Shown piece after piece: positions 1 to 14,244 of a stretch of DNA of 64,000 bases. The DNA comes from Moniliella sp. 'wahieum' (taxonomy: Eukaryota): positions 1,612,001 through 1,676,000 of the forward strand of contig RSEE01000001.1 of assembly GCA_003971905.1 (NCBI GenBank). The letters run 5' to 3'. Position 1 is the first letter of the stretch; the number at the start of each line of letters is the position of its first letter. The position numbers and the translations under genes were made by a program. The notes beneath the pieces were generated by a model that ran no database searches, was not told the DNA's origin, and saw only the letters and a list, made by a program, of their open reading frames with translations.

Positions 1-863
1 AACGGAACCAGGGACTAATTGAAGTCGCCACGCTCACTATTACATCTGAATGCAAACACTGCACATCGTACTAAAACACTTCTGTCACTGACTCGTCTGG
101 AAAAGGGAGCTAGTTCTGATAGACGAACAAACAACTGGCATGAATACGACTCAACCGGTCCCAGAACGGATGTAAACAAAGTCCCAAGAAGAGAACAATT
201 TCAAACATCAATTAGGAGCGGGAACTAGCAAACGCAGCAAGGGCGAAAGTATATGTCGCAGATTCTGCGTACGAGCTTACCAGGATTGAGAAAGCATGAG
301 GTGGGAAAGGCGATTACCGAAAACAAGACCATATAAGGCACCCAGATTGGCATGTCGCTTAACGAATACTCGCTTAAGCCAAAGAACAAAGCCCAAACGT
401 AATTTACGGGAAGCCATTGAACACAGCCCAAACGGTAATTTACGGAGGGTAAATGCAGGCAGACCACAAGGAACTGTGCAAGCTGCATTGAACGAATTGA
501 CCGTATTGATCTATCTACAGGGAACATGTTCCATTACAACGTCAATGACAAATATATGACAAGCAAGGGAGACAAGGCTCGTGCATCAATCCACACGACT
601 CTCGTTAATCTCGCTGCTTTGTTGGAAAAGTATATATCTTTTTGAAATACGATTTCTCCATTGGGAAATGCCGATGCTGCAAGCGCTATTCCTTTGACAA
701 GTACGTATGTATCTCATATCTAGGTACTGACATCCCCCTTCAGAATTCGGGCGGGGCGAACACCAATTCCTTAAATCTCGTCATGCGAATGCAGTGATCT
801 CTAACCACTGACCCTGCCTTGAAATCGGGTAGCTGTATGCAGTGCTTTCATGCACCCAGTGGG

Positions 864-956
864 ACTACCGCACATTTTTCCTTCTTCTTCTCCCTTCAGG
901 CCAATAAAAACTACCGCACCATTTTTCCTTCTTCGTCTCCCTTCAGGCCAATAAAA
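864..956. repeat. Tandem duplication, 2 x ~46 bp (ACTACCGCAC...CCCTTCAGGCCAATAAAA)
   Basis: Near-identical copies at 864-909 and 910-956, differing by one indel and one substitution. Confidence 0.9.
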
Positions 957-1809
957 GGATGGCTGTTGTTGGAGATATGGAATGTATCTTATGGCTTTAC
1001 GACTCCATCTCCAGTTAGGTGCAAAACATTTGGGAATACTCTCAGAGTGGCCATATGTAGAACTGCGTAGGTGTGGGGATGGGGGGACCAGAGGGTGAGC
1101 CCGTCTTCGGATTGCTGTACATCCGACGTGCATCGCATCTTTGGATACGAGGACGGCTTGGTTGGATCATAGGACGATGGTAAGAGCCCCCATTACGGAA
1201 AAAATCATATTCTCATTCTGGATAATAAGACTCACTATTTGGCTGGGGCAGAGTATGAGGACAATTTACACGTTCATATTCATCTGGAGCAAAAGGCCTT
1301 TCTCTCTAACGATTGCACGTAGACTCGTAATACCGGTTTCATTCAGACTGTTTGAATTGGTCACGAAGTTACCTAAAGGATTCAGGCATTCCAAAAACCT
1401 GAATATGGCTGTAAACGCGATGTGAAGGATTCTCCTGTCGTTACCCACTCTTTGGTAATTCATCCCCATGTTGAATAGTATGCCCGCGTAAGGCATTGGG
1501 GCAATCAGATCTGTGACTGCTTGAGAATTAAAGAGCAACTCGGTTTGATGATACCTAACTTGACCAGGCACCACCCTTCTTGTTTTACTTCCCCCCCTAC
1601 TGCATTTTCTAGGCGGACTGGTCGTTTCGGCACCACCGTGATTTCATGTGTTGCTGAATGGTGCCGTTTAAAATTGTCGCACAATTATTGGACCAAATTG
1701 TGAGGGAAAAGGAAACCACTGATATATAAATACCTTCAAAAATGTCAGAGGAGTAATTTGCCGTGGGTGAGGCAATTCTGCCAGCGCGCTGCAGGTCAGT
1801 GACGTCGCC

Positions 1810-1920
1810 GATGTCACCACCCTGAACGTCAGATATGTCCTCGATGTCATCCCCTTGAACGTCAAATACATCCTCGACGTCACCCCCTTGAACGTCAGAA
1901 ACGTCATTGACGTGCCCATG
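1810..1920 (+). repeat. 33-bp tandem repeat (~3.3 copies) encoding an 11-aa repeat DVTPLNVRYVL
   Basis: Units at 1810-1842, 1843-1875, 1876-1908 and a partial unit. Same frame as ORF 1855..2100. Confidence 0.8.
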
Positions 1921-2254
1921 GACGACGTATCTGACGAATCTGATCTTCCTATGCTCGCTCTCCCTGGGTTAATACATGACCAGTGTAAACATAAAAACGT
2001 ACCGCCAAATCATCACCATCTCCCCAAGAAACAAAATCTGCCAGCTGCGGACTTTGTATATGAAATTTCCATGTTCTGGCTCTTAGGCCTTAGGGTTTAA
2101 AGCACATTGTTTTCCTATGGGGCATTATATAAACTTCCTTAGTGTTTTCCCAGAATCAGCGCCGTGGCATTCATCTATTTGCCGGTATAGTGCCTCCGCT
2201 TGGAAATATCCATAGTGAGAAGGCACAGCCCGGGGGAAATAGTGAGGAAAAGAG

Positions 2255-2290
2255 TGGCTCGAATGGGAATCGAACCCATGTCATCGATAA
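2255..2290 (-). pseudogene. tRNA-like 3' half (T-arm/B-box plus 3' acceptor strand), no recognisable 5' half
   Basis: Minus strand reads ATGGG-TTCGATT-CCCAT-TCGAGCC-A followed by CTCTTTT. No matching 5' acceptor strand or A-box found. Confidence 0.35.
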
Positions 2291-2867
2291 TGGGTCTTCT
2301 TCCTCTCCAGTGCAGATATACTGAAAGAGACGCTCGATGCGTTTAATCATAGGCGCCTCCTCCTCCGCCGTGTGTGCCGTAGTGCCTGTGCACACGTCGC
2401 GTCGCTGCTGTAGCGCCTCAATGTCACACGGGCGCTCGACTTGTCGATGGCAACTTGATATGAAGCCGCTGGGACATGAAAGGCAGGAGGATCCGTCGGA
2501 GGTGGTGTCGGTAGAATATAAACTGTCCGTTACCTAAGCGAATCGCGCTGTAGCGTCACTGCAATGCCAGACTATAACCAATGCCCGAGTACGTTTTCTA
2601 TAGAGAGGATGCTACTAGCTTCATCTTACATGGTTCATTGAACCCATGTCCACCCACCGGTTGAGCAGAAATAGAAGCAGCAGCAGCGACGCCTATCATC
2701 CCCACGTACACCCTTCCCCAGCAACAGATCTCTCGATCCGCTGATCAAGCCTTATCGCTCCAGTTCGCCATCAAAGGGCATAAGGGACGACAACGGTGTC
2801 CACGTTGCACGTTCCCCCATCAACCGTATTGTTTGTGGGATCCGGGAGATGTTTAGCTCTTCCGCGA

Positions 2868-4764
2868 CTAGTTTGCGTACATCCACTCGTACATCTCCCA
2901 GAGGTAGGGTCTGAGCCGTAAGTTGGCGCTGGCAACCAAGTCGTAGGTTCGGAGCCGGAAGCCGTCTTCCTCTCGTTGTAACAAATAGACTGCCGACGAG
3001 GTGCACTTGGCATCCTCGATGGGCAATGCATCCGCCCTAATATCGTGTACAACGGTACGGGGGAAAAGGTACCCTTGCTCAACCACAAAAGTTCGAAGGT
3101 TCGAGCGTCTGGTCGTCAGGGTAGACACGTACCTGCGTTGCATCACCCGCAAACGAGTAATCCAGAGCAATGCAGAGAGTTTCAAGGGTCAACACAGCGC
3201 GACCATCACCCACAGATAAACGAGGAGCAGTTGATCTCCTGTCAAAGAAACAATGGACATAAACCGAGCGCATGCTTCTGTCGCCAGATTGAGCAGCACA
3301 ATTCGCCCCCCCGCATATGCAATCACCAAAACTCCGTACTTGTTATCCAGGCCCATACTAACCGGCGGATCCGTGTAATTCGCAGGTTGGGGCATATTGT
3401 GGGCTAGTATTGCTTCAGGTAGGGGAGGAGAGTCTGAGGGCCTCCCCCACATAAGCCAGGGGGGTGCTTCCTCCCTCTCCGGATGGTGTCAAATCCATCG
3501 GGCGGCCAGTACGTGCTGCTGTCGTCACTGTCACTTAACCATAGCCCAGCCGTTGCACGACGCTGTAACAAGTGGCTCGTACGACGTTGAAGAAAAAATA
3601 CCTCCAGCCTTTTCCGGTGGAGGGGCCTGGTCAACCTCTTCTGTAGAAAATCAATCCCAAGCAAAGGGACTTCCACCTTCCATTGCCAGATTCCATTACG
3701 CGAAAAACAATGAATCGCGCTCCGATACTCAACGTCAAGTACCCGCGATGCATCAGTCACCGTTGCCACGTACACCCGTCCGGCATCATAGGTAAACGTG
3801 GCCACCCTCCCTTCTATCCCGTTGAGAAAGGGATGAAGCACGGTGATGTTTCCACTTTTCAGGTCGTAACAGATCACCTCCTGGTTCGCTTCCGGGGACA
3901 CCAACAGCAGATCCTCCCCAAGCTCAGCCTTGGTGTAGTGCAGGCGGGCCATCTCTTGCGGCAAAGGAACTGGGTCAGTGTACACCCCTTTCTGGAACCA
4001 CTCCGGTACAAATGACCTTTTGCCTTCGCAGCAAAACTGAAGAGGTATTGCGAGGTAACGCAAACATCTTCGCCCACTTGGAGATCCCGCGTCCACAGCA
4101 CATCCAGCACATCCAGATTAAGGGTAGTTACCCTGCTCCCCTTGGAAATAAGGGCCAAAATACGATGCGACTGAAGAATTCGCATCCTAGTGTCAGTTAC
4201 TAGGGTGGAGGTCGTGGACGAGGTGCCGGAACCGCTGTACCGGCACCACAGCAATACGACCCTTTTTACCATGAGGTAGGCGACCAAGATAATATTGTTG
4301 CAAATAATGGAGGGACGAGTGCCTTCCAATTGCGCGCAAAATTCATTTAACCTCTTGTTTCGTCCTCATCTTGAACCGCCTCCAGGGATGTGTGGGGTGG
4401 AACGAAAGTTTGGTGTGCGCGTGTACTCCAAATCTCGTCCGAGTCGAGCAAACGATTGAGAGAATGGCTGGCCTGGCTCAATGTTGCTAAATTTGACAGA
4501 CACAAGGGGACTAGAGAGGATCTGCGCGACAATCTCAAGAGGCAGACGGAGGAGAATCATCGGAGTAAGAGTGTTCTGTTTTTGCCACTCGATTATCTTT
4601 CGCGGCTTTGGAACAGCTCTTTGGCTCATCCACATTTCTTCCGAACCTAGCAAACAGTGGAGATCTTGGCTGGCCCTGCTTAGTGCAGTTAGATCTTTCA
4701 ATTCCACATGGGGGCTGGAAAGAATCTGTGCGACAATGCAAGACGGTAGACGGAGAAGGATCAT
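2868..4764 (-). CDS. F-box protein with duplicated N-terminal F-box and beta-rich C-terminal region (frameshifted)
   Basis: MILLRLPSCIVAQILSSPHVELKDLTALSRASQDLHCLLGSEEMW starts at 4764. A second copy, MILLRLPLEIVAQILSS...NLATLSQASHSLNRLLDSDEIW, starts at 4560. Downstream ORF pieces (3874..4329, 3404..4096, 3189..3452, 2868..3185) run collinearly on the minus strand. Confidence 0.55.
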
Positions 4765-7700
4765 TTGGTGAGGATATATTGTTTGCACAAGTCCTCTTTT
4801 CGTGGGGCTCGAGTTGGGTTTAAGTCGAGGTCGGGGGTGGATGGGTTGTTGGCTTGGTTTTGTCGACGAAGGAGAGGGAGCAATGGGAGGGAGAAGCGTG
4901 GAACGTCAGCTGCCCTCTTTTATAACTTCATCACAGTTGTTCTTTAGCCTCATCTCCTCGGATTGGCCCCCTCCATCCTAGAGAACAGCAAAAAGAGTCA
5001 CGCCGGGGTTTCCAGATGCAAAAACAGCTCACACCTCAACGGTGCATCAACTCTTTGCGCTTAGGTCAGAAGTAGTGCACACGTCTCAACACAAATGCTG
5101 ATAGTATACCAGAGGAGAAAACACCACTGCCGCACTAAGAGAGCAACAGCTGATGAATACAACAGATGAAATACAATAGAGTAACTAATACTTGACGATG
5201 TTACTCACGAACCCAGTATGGGTGACCATCATAGGGCTCATGGGATGTATACTCTTCACTTTCACCTTGGGGTGCTGACGAAAAGAGTCCACGGAGCCCG
5301 AGAGAGGATGATCTGTGCGCATTAATAGTATGAAAGAAATGCCCTCCCCTCTTCCCCCTTTCGTAGTGTGGAATCTGAGTGAGTCGGCACGGCGTCAACC
5401 TCATTCATATACTCATTGATCTCCTAGCTGCCACTGTATCCACAACGCAATACCCGCAACTTCATGACTGCCAGGTGGTTGGGCACCTGAGACGCACCGA
5501 TGCCCCGGGAGTGTACATCACACAGGAGTCGGTGTACCAGCACCCCGTATAGGATATCGAGCACGGTGCCTATGACCGGCAACGGCAGATGGCCGAGAGC
5601 CCAGTCGAGCCCATACTCTCCTTGTATCCGTTGTCTGGGTTATATATACGTAAACGAGAGCGTGATGGCTTGTCTGAACGATGAACAAACTCCCATACAC
5701 TCTGCTGTGTCCACATAACCCGATTCCAGAGCTCGCACCCGAATGAACCCAGTCCGATCGTGGCGAGCCAGACCATCAGTGTTACTTCAGCGTGGGCTGG
5801 CTCGCCTAAGTAACCCACATCTATCCGTTACGCCTAAACCGAACATGCTTCCTTCGATCTGGGCGGCCACAAGATCGAGTTCCGTTTCTATACGGCTCAG
5901 GAGATCTGTGTGAGCTATGAGTCCCATTATGATTTATCCACTTCAGGTCATTGGTCTTCGGTATTGAGGGCAAATGAGCTCTAAGTTGGAGCTGCCGGAT
6001 CCGGACGTCTATTTCATGATCTGTGGGCGTCTCTCGTTCCTGTCGTGAGAGAGTCGTGAGAGACTATCCTCATGCATTTTACGTTCTTGAGGAGAGCGGA
6101 GAACCTGCCCAATACTTTGGGCTTTTTGCGTAGTATTTGGCTGTTCCTGTTCCCAGGGATCCTTTCCCTGCTTGATCTGTGCCCCGTACTAGTAGTTGCG
6201 ATCCATTCGCCTTTATTCCTTCCTCTTTCTACGTTGTATGTTGCTTCCTTAAAGTTCCTATATCTGTATAACATTCTCCTTATGTATGTTCTTCCTCTAG
6301 TGGGTCTTTTTGCAGCAACATCTCCTTACGAATCCATCCTTATCTACCAGACTATACAACACCAACATTACTCCCTAGCTCACCAGCAGTCCCGCTGATC
6401 CCCTCCCCCCTTCCGCTTCCCAGCGGCCGCCTCTTGGTCTTCCCGAATCCCTGCGCCCTGGCATCCTTTGCCGTCGATCTCCCTCCAGCTTGCAGTTTCC
6501 ACTGTACGGATATCCCGCTGCGAAGCTACAAAAGAGTTGAGTTGTTCTGTGACAGGACCTGTCCGACCCTGTCTTTGTCTGCGTCCGCCTTCCAGTTAAC
6601 CTTTCAAGGTTCTGTGCGTCTACACGGACGCTACTTTTGCTCGTTACGTGCATACGCAACCTTGCCACGCGAATCGGCGCCTCAATTGAGAGGCCTCACC
6701 TCGTCTCTTAGTAGCTCTCCATTCGGAACCCCGCCAATAACGTTCAAGCTCTCGATAATCAGCGAGTGAGCTCTCCACCAAAGGATACTAGGACCCCTAA
6801 ACCGTGAGGTGTGCTCCAGTTCGGGGGTTGCCCATGACACTCGGGGTAAAACAGAAGCAATCATTTGCTTGTGTGGTAAGGCTGCATAGGAACCGGCTTG
6901 GGCAGTAGTGCCGGTTCTAAAGTTTTGTATATTCGCGGGGACGACAAAGGAGGCAGCAATGCAGAACGGCACTACCCAAACTTCGACGGCAGAGGGAACC
7001 GGAATTGGAACTGAGTGGGACTGAAAGCTGGGACTGAAACCGGCGGATACGGGAAAGGGAAACACCAAGTGGTTCATACTGTTAGTGTCGATGGCGGCTC
7101 ATCCGCTCAGTCCACGAGACATAGCACGACCGCTTTACTATAGCGAAGTTTTTGGTTGTGGGCTTGGGAGCGAGTTCTGTTAAGACCAGCCGTGGACAGC
7201 GCATTGGGCCTAGTTAGATCGGATCAAGATTGGTCGCTTTTACCCTCGCAGCTTACTAAGCTTCAGTTCCTTCATGTCTCGTTGCTCTCTTCTTCCCTGC
7301 GCGCTGGCCAAACCACAGCCAGACCTGAGAATACAGTTCTCAGCAAATCGCAAATAAAAGTTGGCTTCCCCATGTATAAATACCCCTCTAATACTCACTG
7401 TGTGTGGAGGTAATTCATCACTTGCATCACTTGTATAATAGCCATTACTCATATATGGCCACTTGGTTCCATATCTCGTCCATCGCGCCTGGCAGCATGC
7501 TGGAGTGAAGCCTATCGTCCTTTAACACTATGAGTTAATTGCTTCTGTCAATCTCCTTCGACACATCATGGATATGTTCGTTTTTGCCATAGTAGTTGCT
7601 CCAGTTTTGCTAGGCTGCCGTGTCTCCATTCGTCTTTCTATTGGGTAAAAACGTCTAGGCGAGCATCTGCTGAGACCTCTTTGTCTTTCCGGATCTCTGC

Positions 7701-8094
7701 CCCTACTCCGTCATGTGAGCTTCCCCAGATCGCTGGCGTAGTCTCCGTCTCCCATTGTAGCCTTTCTCGACTATTGTCCCAATATTAACTCGAAAATAGA
7801 AACCCGCATCCCTCTACTTCTTTCTGCTACCCAGAGTAACTAGCTGCTGGAATGGATGGGCATAGATTGGCATCAAGCTAACGGTTGGTTGACAACCATG
7901 ACCAGTGCACCCCAGATGGGTCGAGTCGAGAGTCCCGCCCCCCTCCATGGACCGACGTACAAGGGGAGAAGAGGAAGGGATGGTACAAAAGCAGGCCTAT
8001 GGCCGCCGTGACAGGAAAAAAGACGGGAGCCTCTGCTCCCCGCCGAGCAAAGCAAGGCAAAGGAGTATCCTAGGACGCCACGCACCCTGATTTT

Positions 8095-8711
8095 TTAAGC
8101 GTGCTTGTTCTTGGTCGAGCGGAGACGACGGACGTAGTGCTCGAGCTCGTCGCCCTCAAGAATGTAGCCGTCAGCGCGGCCCGACTGGCCGGGGCGCGAC
8201 GAGATGCAAGCGTAGAGGCGGCCGGCACCGAACTGCTGCTCAAGAATGGGCGAGATGGCAGCGGTCTGCTGGCGCTCCGCAAGCTTCTTTGCACCTTGCG
8301 GGACTGCTTGACGGGCTCCTCCTCCTTGGCGAACGACTTCTTGGTCGTCACAGGCACACCGTAGTGCTTCTCGTAGGCCTGACGGAAGGGGGTCGCGTCA
8401 ACCTGGATGATGGCGTTCTTGACCAGCGTGTTGGTGCGGACCAACTCGTTGTTGGAAGCGTTGAAAACGACACCGAGAATGCGGGTCTTGGAGGTGATGT
8501 GCTCCGAACCCCAAGCAAAGTTGCCCGACTCAAGGCGGAGCGCACGCTGCTTGATGTTCCCGCCACGGACGCGGACGGGGTGGATGCGCTTGGGGCCAAT
8601 ACGCGTGTTGGCCGACTGGCGGCCAAGCTGGTGAGCACGCTTTTTGGCAGGCACCACACGGCGCGCACCCGTGTGCGAACGCTTGTACCACGAAGCCCGA
8701 GTCAGACCCAT
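8095..8711 (-). CDS. RPS8: 40S ribosomal protein S8 (eS8)
   Basis: [25 protein letters not shown] and [12 protein letters not shown]. After a frameshift near 8280: [24 protein letters not shown]...KNKHA*. Putative 5'-UTR intron 8712-8844 (GTGAGT...CTGAC...CAG|ATG). Confidence 0.97.
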
Positions 8712-10256
8712 CTGTCCATTTCGAATCTGTCAGTCGGCTGCTGGGAGCACGTCTTGGGGGGACACCGACCCAGCACGATCCGCTGGGCGGAGAAGCGGGA
8801 GGGGGACGGAAGATAGAGGGGGAGGCCGGGTAGGAGGAACTCACCTTGCTGTTGTTGGTGGAGGAGTGTTGGTGCTGGTGCTGGTGTGGAGATGCGACGG
8901 GGAGATGCCCTGCGTGGGCTTCGTCGAGCAGGAAGCGGAACCCTACTGGCACCAACCCTGCTGCTGCGGCGTATTTGTGATGGCGGCGCAGTCGGGGGCA
9001 GTGTGCGTCGCATACTCACCTCGTGCCTATCTGTTTTCTCTGCGTTCGACTGGGCCGCGCGCCGGAATTACCTAATGAGATTCCGCCGGCCGATCATCTC
9101 GAGGGGGGCTGTCACTTGCGGCTGCGGCGGACAGAGGAGTGACGTGGAAAGCACGTGCTTTCGATCACGTGGTGAGGCTTGGCTTAACTAAGAAAAAGCG
9201 ACGCCTGGCTGGGCCAGAAGCAGAGGTCTCCCACACAGGCCATTGAGAGCACTTCCCCCCATGGGACTGAACGTATTGAACGCGAAGGAGAAGTCCATGT
9301 CCCTCCCCGTCCCACTGGACGAGCCCACGCTCCTGCTGGCACTGGGCAAATCATTCTCGTGCAAAGGACACCGTGAAGAGGGAGAAGATTGGTTTTTTAC
9401 TACGCTCACACCCACACATCAGCCGTGTACCATCAAGTGTAGCCATATCATTGACAGAGCTTAAGGCAGGGACAAAGCGCTGCGCTGAAACCGGCCTCCT
9501 CATCCGGCGGGTGTCGCTTGTTGGCACCAAACCCGTTAGGAGACCAGAGGAACCGCCAGCCGATTAATAGGACCCGCTGGCGCCCTTCGGACCCATCTCA
9601 GTTCTCAGGATCTCGTCAGCTCTTATCCACTATCGAGTATCCCCTCGTAGTAGTTGGTGTGTGTTGGGTATATGCCTTTGTTCCTAGGATGTTCATGCTG
9701 GCCGAGTTCACATGTGTTCACGCTGTGAATGATACTTCGAAAATATACGGTACAGCATACGAAAATAGCCCCGGAAGAATGCTTCTCGGCAGGTACACGC
9801 CCTTTCAAGGAGACAACAAGAGCCTCGTGGACAACCAAGGGCGAGGCGTTGCAGGGCGTGGCCTGGCGTTGCTGCCCCTGTCAGCGTGCGTTGGCTGCGT
9901 GGTAGTGCGGCGGACGAGCGACGGGGTCCCGCAAGGCGGGCATGGCGTCCTTATTAATTCCCTTGTAAGCCTGACCAACCAGTCAGCCGAAGAGTGGGCG
10001 CGTGCCTGGTTCGCCTAAAGTGCAGCAGACAGACAGACTGCCCCCGTGCGGACACAAAACGCTCCGGTTTGCCATCCAAAACGCGCCGAGTCGGAACCCT
10101 CCGAGCCGCTTCTCCCGCCTGCCCTGTCGCTGTCCACGCCCCCCTCAGGCGGCCTCACCGCCGCCTCCTCTCCGTCACGCACGGGGGTGTCGGTGCACCG
10201 GGCAATATATACCCCCAGCGGACAACCCTCCCTTTCTCTGCCTCCCATCCACCGCC

Positions 10257-12266
10257 ATGTCTCTCCTCCCCCGCCATGGCGGCGACGACGACACCCCGAC
10301 AGGCCCGTGGACGCCCACCGCCGCCGAGAAGGCGAAGAGCATGCCTTCCTGGATGCACGAGGGCCAGTATGCTCGCGGTACGCACCTTGCTCCCACCCAT
10401 GCAACCCCGACTGGGAACTGACCCCGAAGGCAGACACGAGCTACGTGCTCATTGGCATCTTTCTTGCCGCCGCGGCCATGGGCGTGCTACGGCGGGTGCG
10501 CCGGTCTGGCGTGCGCGGGCAGCGCTACGCCTCTGTTGTCCTACGCATCCTGGCAGCGGTCGGGTCTTGGCGCTGCTGCGATGCCTAACCTATCAAACGC
10601 TTCCCCCTAGCCGCTTTTGGTCTTCGCCCTCCCTCGCTACCATTCTGCTCATTGCCGCCTTCTTTGTGGGTGAGATGGGCATGTGCTTCGGTCCCCGCCC
10701 TTTATTGGCGCAACCGTCTCGTCGGTCGCCCCCCTTGCGGTGCGAGGCGGAATGATGGCTACCGCCATGTGTTTCCCTGGTTTTGGGGCTGGCACTCAAG
10801 GTCAACCCCTTACGTGGCTCTTGGGCGTGTCGCACGAGAAATTGCAGGTCTACCACCAATGGCTTGCCAGGATTGTCTGTTCTTTTCCGGGTCCACACCA
10901 TCCCCTTCCTTTGGCAGCCAGGGCACGATGATGCTCCGTGGCCTGAGGCAGGATTACTCATCGGACTATACCACTTGGTCCTCTGGCGTGGCGTGCCTCG
11001 TCATCATGATGTGGATGGTGCTGACTTCGAGTAAGTCCGGTCCCGGTTCATCCAGCGCCTGGAATTTGCGATGCTGACCCAAAATCCCCTTTGTTTTCAA
11101 TGGTTAAAAGCGTCTTTTGTGCGACGGCTAAACTACGAATTCTTTGTCTTTCAGCACCTCGTCTGCACGATTGGCATCTTGATCCTCATGTTTATCCACA
11201 CTGCCAACTCCATCAACTCCTGGGACTACCTCTGGGCCACAGTGGCCGTCTGGGGCTTTTCCACGCTGCTCAAGTGGTCTCGCATCATGATTGGGAGCAC
11301 GTTTGGGTGTGCGTTTGACGCGTCGCTAGCGACTGAGGAAGGCGTGTTGCGAATTGCGGTGCAAACCCCCCTCTCTTGGCAGGCGGGGCAACACGTCTTT
11401 GTTCGCTTCCCCACCGTGCACCCCTTGACCTCCCACCCCTTTACTATCACTACCCTTGCCCGGGGCGGGGGACGGGATAACATGATGGTCTTTGTCGCTC
11501 GCGTCCGCGATGGACAGACCAAACTGCTGCACGATGCCATCCTCCAAACTTCGCGGTACGGCGACGTAGCAGAGCGGATGGGGTTCTCCGTCGTCTGGCC
11601 GAACCGGGGTCGGTTGTGTCCACCCCCGTACAAGAAAACGGGCAAGAGTTTGAATCTGATACGAAGGTGCATCTACCGGTCGATCGCGTGGAAGCCCACA
11701 CCTCAACCATCGTTTTGCCTGCGGTGATTGATGGCCCGTATGGGGAAGCAGCACGGGTGGCGCAGTACCCCACTGCCCTCCTCTTGGCTGGCGGGGTGGG
11801 CATGACCCGCATCCTGCCTACCGTGTTGGAAGCAGTACAGGCGGGGCGCAATGGCAAGATTCCTCTTCGTACCCTGCACCTGGTCTGGGCTGTACGAAGT
11901 ACGGATCTGCTTCCGTGGCTGGGGAGTGGGTTGGCGACGGGGGTGGCCGCATTGGAGGAGATGGGGGTGGAGATCAAGTTGGATCTGTTTGTTACCGAGC
12001 AAACGGAGATCGACTGGACACGGTTGGGGCCCCAACCAGCCTGGAACCTTCACACCATGCGTCCTGACCTGCCGGGATTGGTGAAGGGCTGTGTGAAGGA
12101 AGCTGAGGAGATGGGGCTGCAGACGGTGAGCGTGTCGGCGTGCGGCCCGGCTTCCTTTACGTATGCCGTCTCGTCAGCGATGGCGAGGGAGAATCTGTCT
12201 CTCCTTCTCGGCCAGAAAAAGTCGGTCAAGGAGATTGTATTGGACGAAGAGCTCTTTGGGTACTAA
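10257..12266 (+). CDS. Ferric/cupric reductase (FRE/NOX family flavocytochrome)
   Basis: Heme-ligand region HQWLAR and QHLVCTIGILILMFIH; FAD motifs WQAGQHVFVRFP and HPFTI; NADPH motifs DGPYG, LLAGGVG, SACGPASF and terminal ELFGY. Introns ~10378-10433 and 11031-11110; several indels. Confidence 0.9.
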
Positions 12267-13121
12267 ACTTCTCTCTTTCGTTGTCATGACCCTGTCTTGA
12301 TCGGGTCTTGATCACCTCATCTACCTCCAACTAACATCCTGTGTTGATAAATATATATCTACGGAGACGATTGAAGGCATGTGTGCCTACTACGAGAATA
12401 CAATGCATCTGTGTCATCGCACCTCCTGCTTGGGCTAGATATTGCCTGTTGGCAGAGTTGACGACGTTGAACGTTGACGATCCAATGAACGAAACGAGAA
12501 CAAGACACGAGGCTGACATCCAATGGCGTAGTAGGATGAGGCCGGAAGCATAAAAGAAAACGAATGCTTGGAAAGTGATCCATCTTTCTTCCTTAGGATG
12601 CAGTCCATCCCATCCTATTGTTGTAGCTATGATTCGAGAAAAATGTGCCCTATCGAGCATGATGGATCGATTTCGAGATGATGACCATAAACAGGCCGAG
12701 ACGTTCAAAATCTGAGAATCACTGACTACCTTTTGGAGAAGGTAAAAGAATGCTCTCAGCTGGCAAGTCACATGTGATGCCACGAGTCACTCCAACACCA
12801 CTTGTGTGCGCGAGCACGTGGTGGGGCTTTTCATCATTCTTCCGCCGTCTGTACTAGTAGTCGTCGTTCAGTACGTTCATTGAGCGTATCCTATGAGTCC
12901 GCTGGGACAGTAATAGGGATGGCGGATCTATCTGAGATGACTACGACAACTAACATGCCCCTTCCTCCTTAGCGTGTTGAGATGCGCCCAATCCTCTTTA
13001 TCACACCCAGGGTGGGATCTGAGAGCAGCTTGCGCTGTTGTCTTTGTCTTACCATATGCCATCAATTGGGAATGAGAAGAGGAGCCCCAAAATAGCCTTT
13101 CACAACCGGCTTAGTTACTCT

Positions 13122-14244
<1,123 letters not shown>

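Noticed and set aside
5200..7500. Transposon or viral remnant
   Set aside because: No transposase, RT or capsid motifs, terminal repeats or target duplications could be identified by eye.
9200..10000. RNase P/MRP-like RNA or a coding gene between RPS8 and the ferric reductase
   Set aside because: Only short chance-level motif matches, and the ORFs have no recognisable domains.
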